A stretch of DNA of 64,000 bases from Oopsacas minuta. Lineage: Eukaryota > Animalia > Porifera. The position numbers were made by a program, and so were the translations under genes. The stretch lies in assembly GCA_024704765.1 (NCBI GenBank), contig JAKMXF010000299.1:751368-815367 (forward strand), written 5' to 3'. Positions 62,501 to 64,000 of the stretch are shown here, in pieces. A model generated the notes under the pieces. That model did no database searches. It was not told where the DNA came from and saw only the letters and a program-made list of their open reading frames with translations. Each line of letters begins with the position of its first letter. Positions within the stretch are counted from its first letter, which is position 1.

Positions 62501-64000
62501 ATATAACGGAACACAATTAATAAATACATGTCCTATTGACAATTTTCTCACTCTAATTAGCTTGCAGATCGATCCTATTAGGTCAACATTCGGATACCTA
62601 CAGAAAGAGCTGGGTTCAAATACACAAGTTCTTAACGAAAATACAGCTTGGAAAATTTGATTTATTACGTTATAGCCTATCAAAAGAGATGGGATTCTGA
62701 AAACTTCTTTGCAGTTGACTTTTATGGATCGGAGTATACAATGGTAAAATATCAACTAACATTGGATTAAGTTGCATGAAGTATCAATATCAGATGAAGT
62801 GTTCGTACTGTTCTCAAGAAGTATCTAAGAGAATTAACGTCACCACATTCGATAAATTCACAAACAGCTATTAAATTACCATCGAAAATAAGATTACCAC
62901 TCTCTTTTGTAAATATGCGAGCGTCAAAATGAAGTTATACAATTACAAGGAGATTTTATCCAATTGTCTCCATTACTAATTTTAAAATTGGGCAACCTTA
63001 AAGTTCTGGAAGAGAAAATTGAGTAGAAAATTCAGATAATTCATCAAGACAAACTCTAATACTTTAATCTCTTTCGGTATACACTTCTTTTTGGTAATCA
63101 TTTTACCTTAAAACTGTTATTGGAAAAAATCATTACCATTACGATGGAATGGAAAACAAGAAAATACTATCTGAAGAAGATTCAAATCTACCACGAAACA
63201 TGAAAGTCAATTTTGCAGTATACTTGGCTATTCCTTGTTAGTTGACCTCAAACGCAAGCATTGAGGGCGTTTAGTACGTAGCATCCACAGTGTGGCAAAA
63301 TGGCCATAATGGGGAAATAGGTAAATGAATCTGTAATATCACCACAATTATACTTACATATACTAAATCGACACTGTAGATTTCAAAAATAGCAATGACT
63401 TTTTAGTAGCACGACTATAAACCTAGTTATGACATAATTACTGACATTTTCTAATTTTTAACGCCTGTGGTTCATTAGGGAGGATATTATGAAAATTGAT
63501 AGTACATGCATGTCATGGTCTCTATTCTGCTATTTGTTAACGTACAATTTAAAGATCCTTAATTATGTTGACTATTGGATATACTCTAAGTGGACAAAAG
63601 TATTTCAAAACACAAATATATTGTCATAAATTGATACTCTTTCCCGTTCCTATATATTGTGTAGTCTATATTCGTAGCTGCTATGTAGTAATTTGTATAG
63701 AATAACATATGTTTTTCAAGAATTTCAAAAAAATAATTTCGATTTACACTTTTGGAAGGTGTTAATTATTAATAATTATTAGATAATTATTGATAATCAA
63801 AATATGTGGTAATTCAAAGCCTATTAAGAATCTATAATTTCTGACTTGATATTTGAATTCTACGTAGGCGAGTTACCCCAGATTGAAATTTCCAATCGGA
63901 TTGAACAATTTTTACCAGAGTTATAGATGAATTTCAATTTGTGCCATTTGTGCCACCTTTTGCCCAAGGTGGCACAAGTGGCCGCTACCAAGAGGTTATT

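Noticed and set aside
4302-63900. The many 60-100 aa ORFs not listed as features
   Set aside because: No recognisable motifs. Most start on alternative codons, are low-complexity AT-rich, or overlap MITEs, Helitrons or antisense transposase sequence.
63948-63977. 12-bp hairpin TTGTGCCACCTT...AAGGTGGCACAA as a terminator or regulatory site
   Set aside because: Similar GGTGGCACAAG-type motifs occur near 14150 and 14615, so it is likely a MITE subterminal repeat cut by the window edge.

Overview
AT-rich eukaryotic DNA, probably animal and possibly non-bilaterian (inference; the host cannot be identified from sequence alone). Three host genes are recognisable, each a single uninterrupted ORF on the minus strand: a SUV39H/Clr4-type H3K9 methyltransferase that lacks a chromodomain (10614-11675), a small TIM chaperone (TIM9-like, 50325-50564) and mitochondrial ribosomal protein bL27m (52524-52997). 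Most of the rest is transposon relics: two DD34D mariners, two DD37D elements, a near-intact pogo/Tigger, several MULEs, a THAP/P-type relic, hAT and pogo MITEs, five non-autonomous Helitrons, a deleted Ty3/gypsy, a Ty1/copia relic and a Ginger2-like integrase. Four structures stand out. (1) A 1.27-kb-arm near-perfect palindrome of a dead MULE transposase with a 38-bp spacer, resembling maize Mu killer. (2) It sits in a three-level nest (old MULE > younger MULE > mariner) confirmed by target-site duplications, inserted right at the 5' end of the bL27m gene. (3) A 3.4-kb foldback element with ~355-bp TIRs and a perfect 9-bp TSD carrying an unidentified ORF. (4) The chromodomain-less SUV39H. All alignments were done by eye; no searches were run. 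No tRNA, rRNA or CRISPR features were found.
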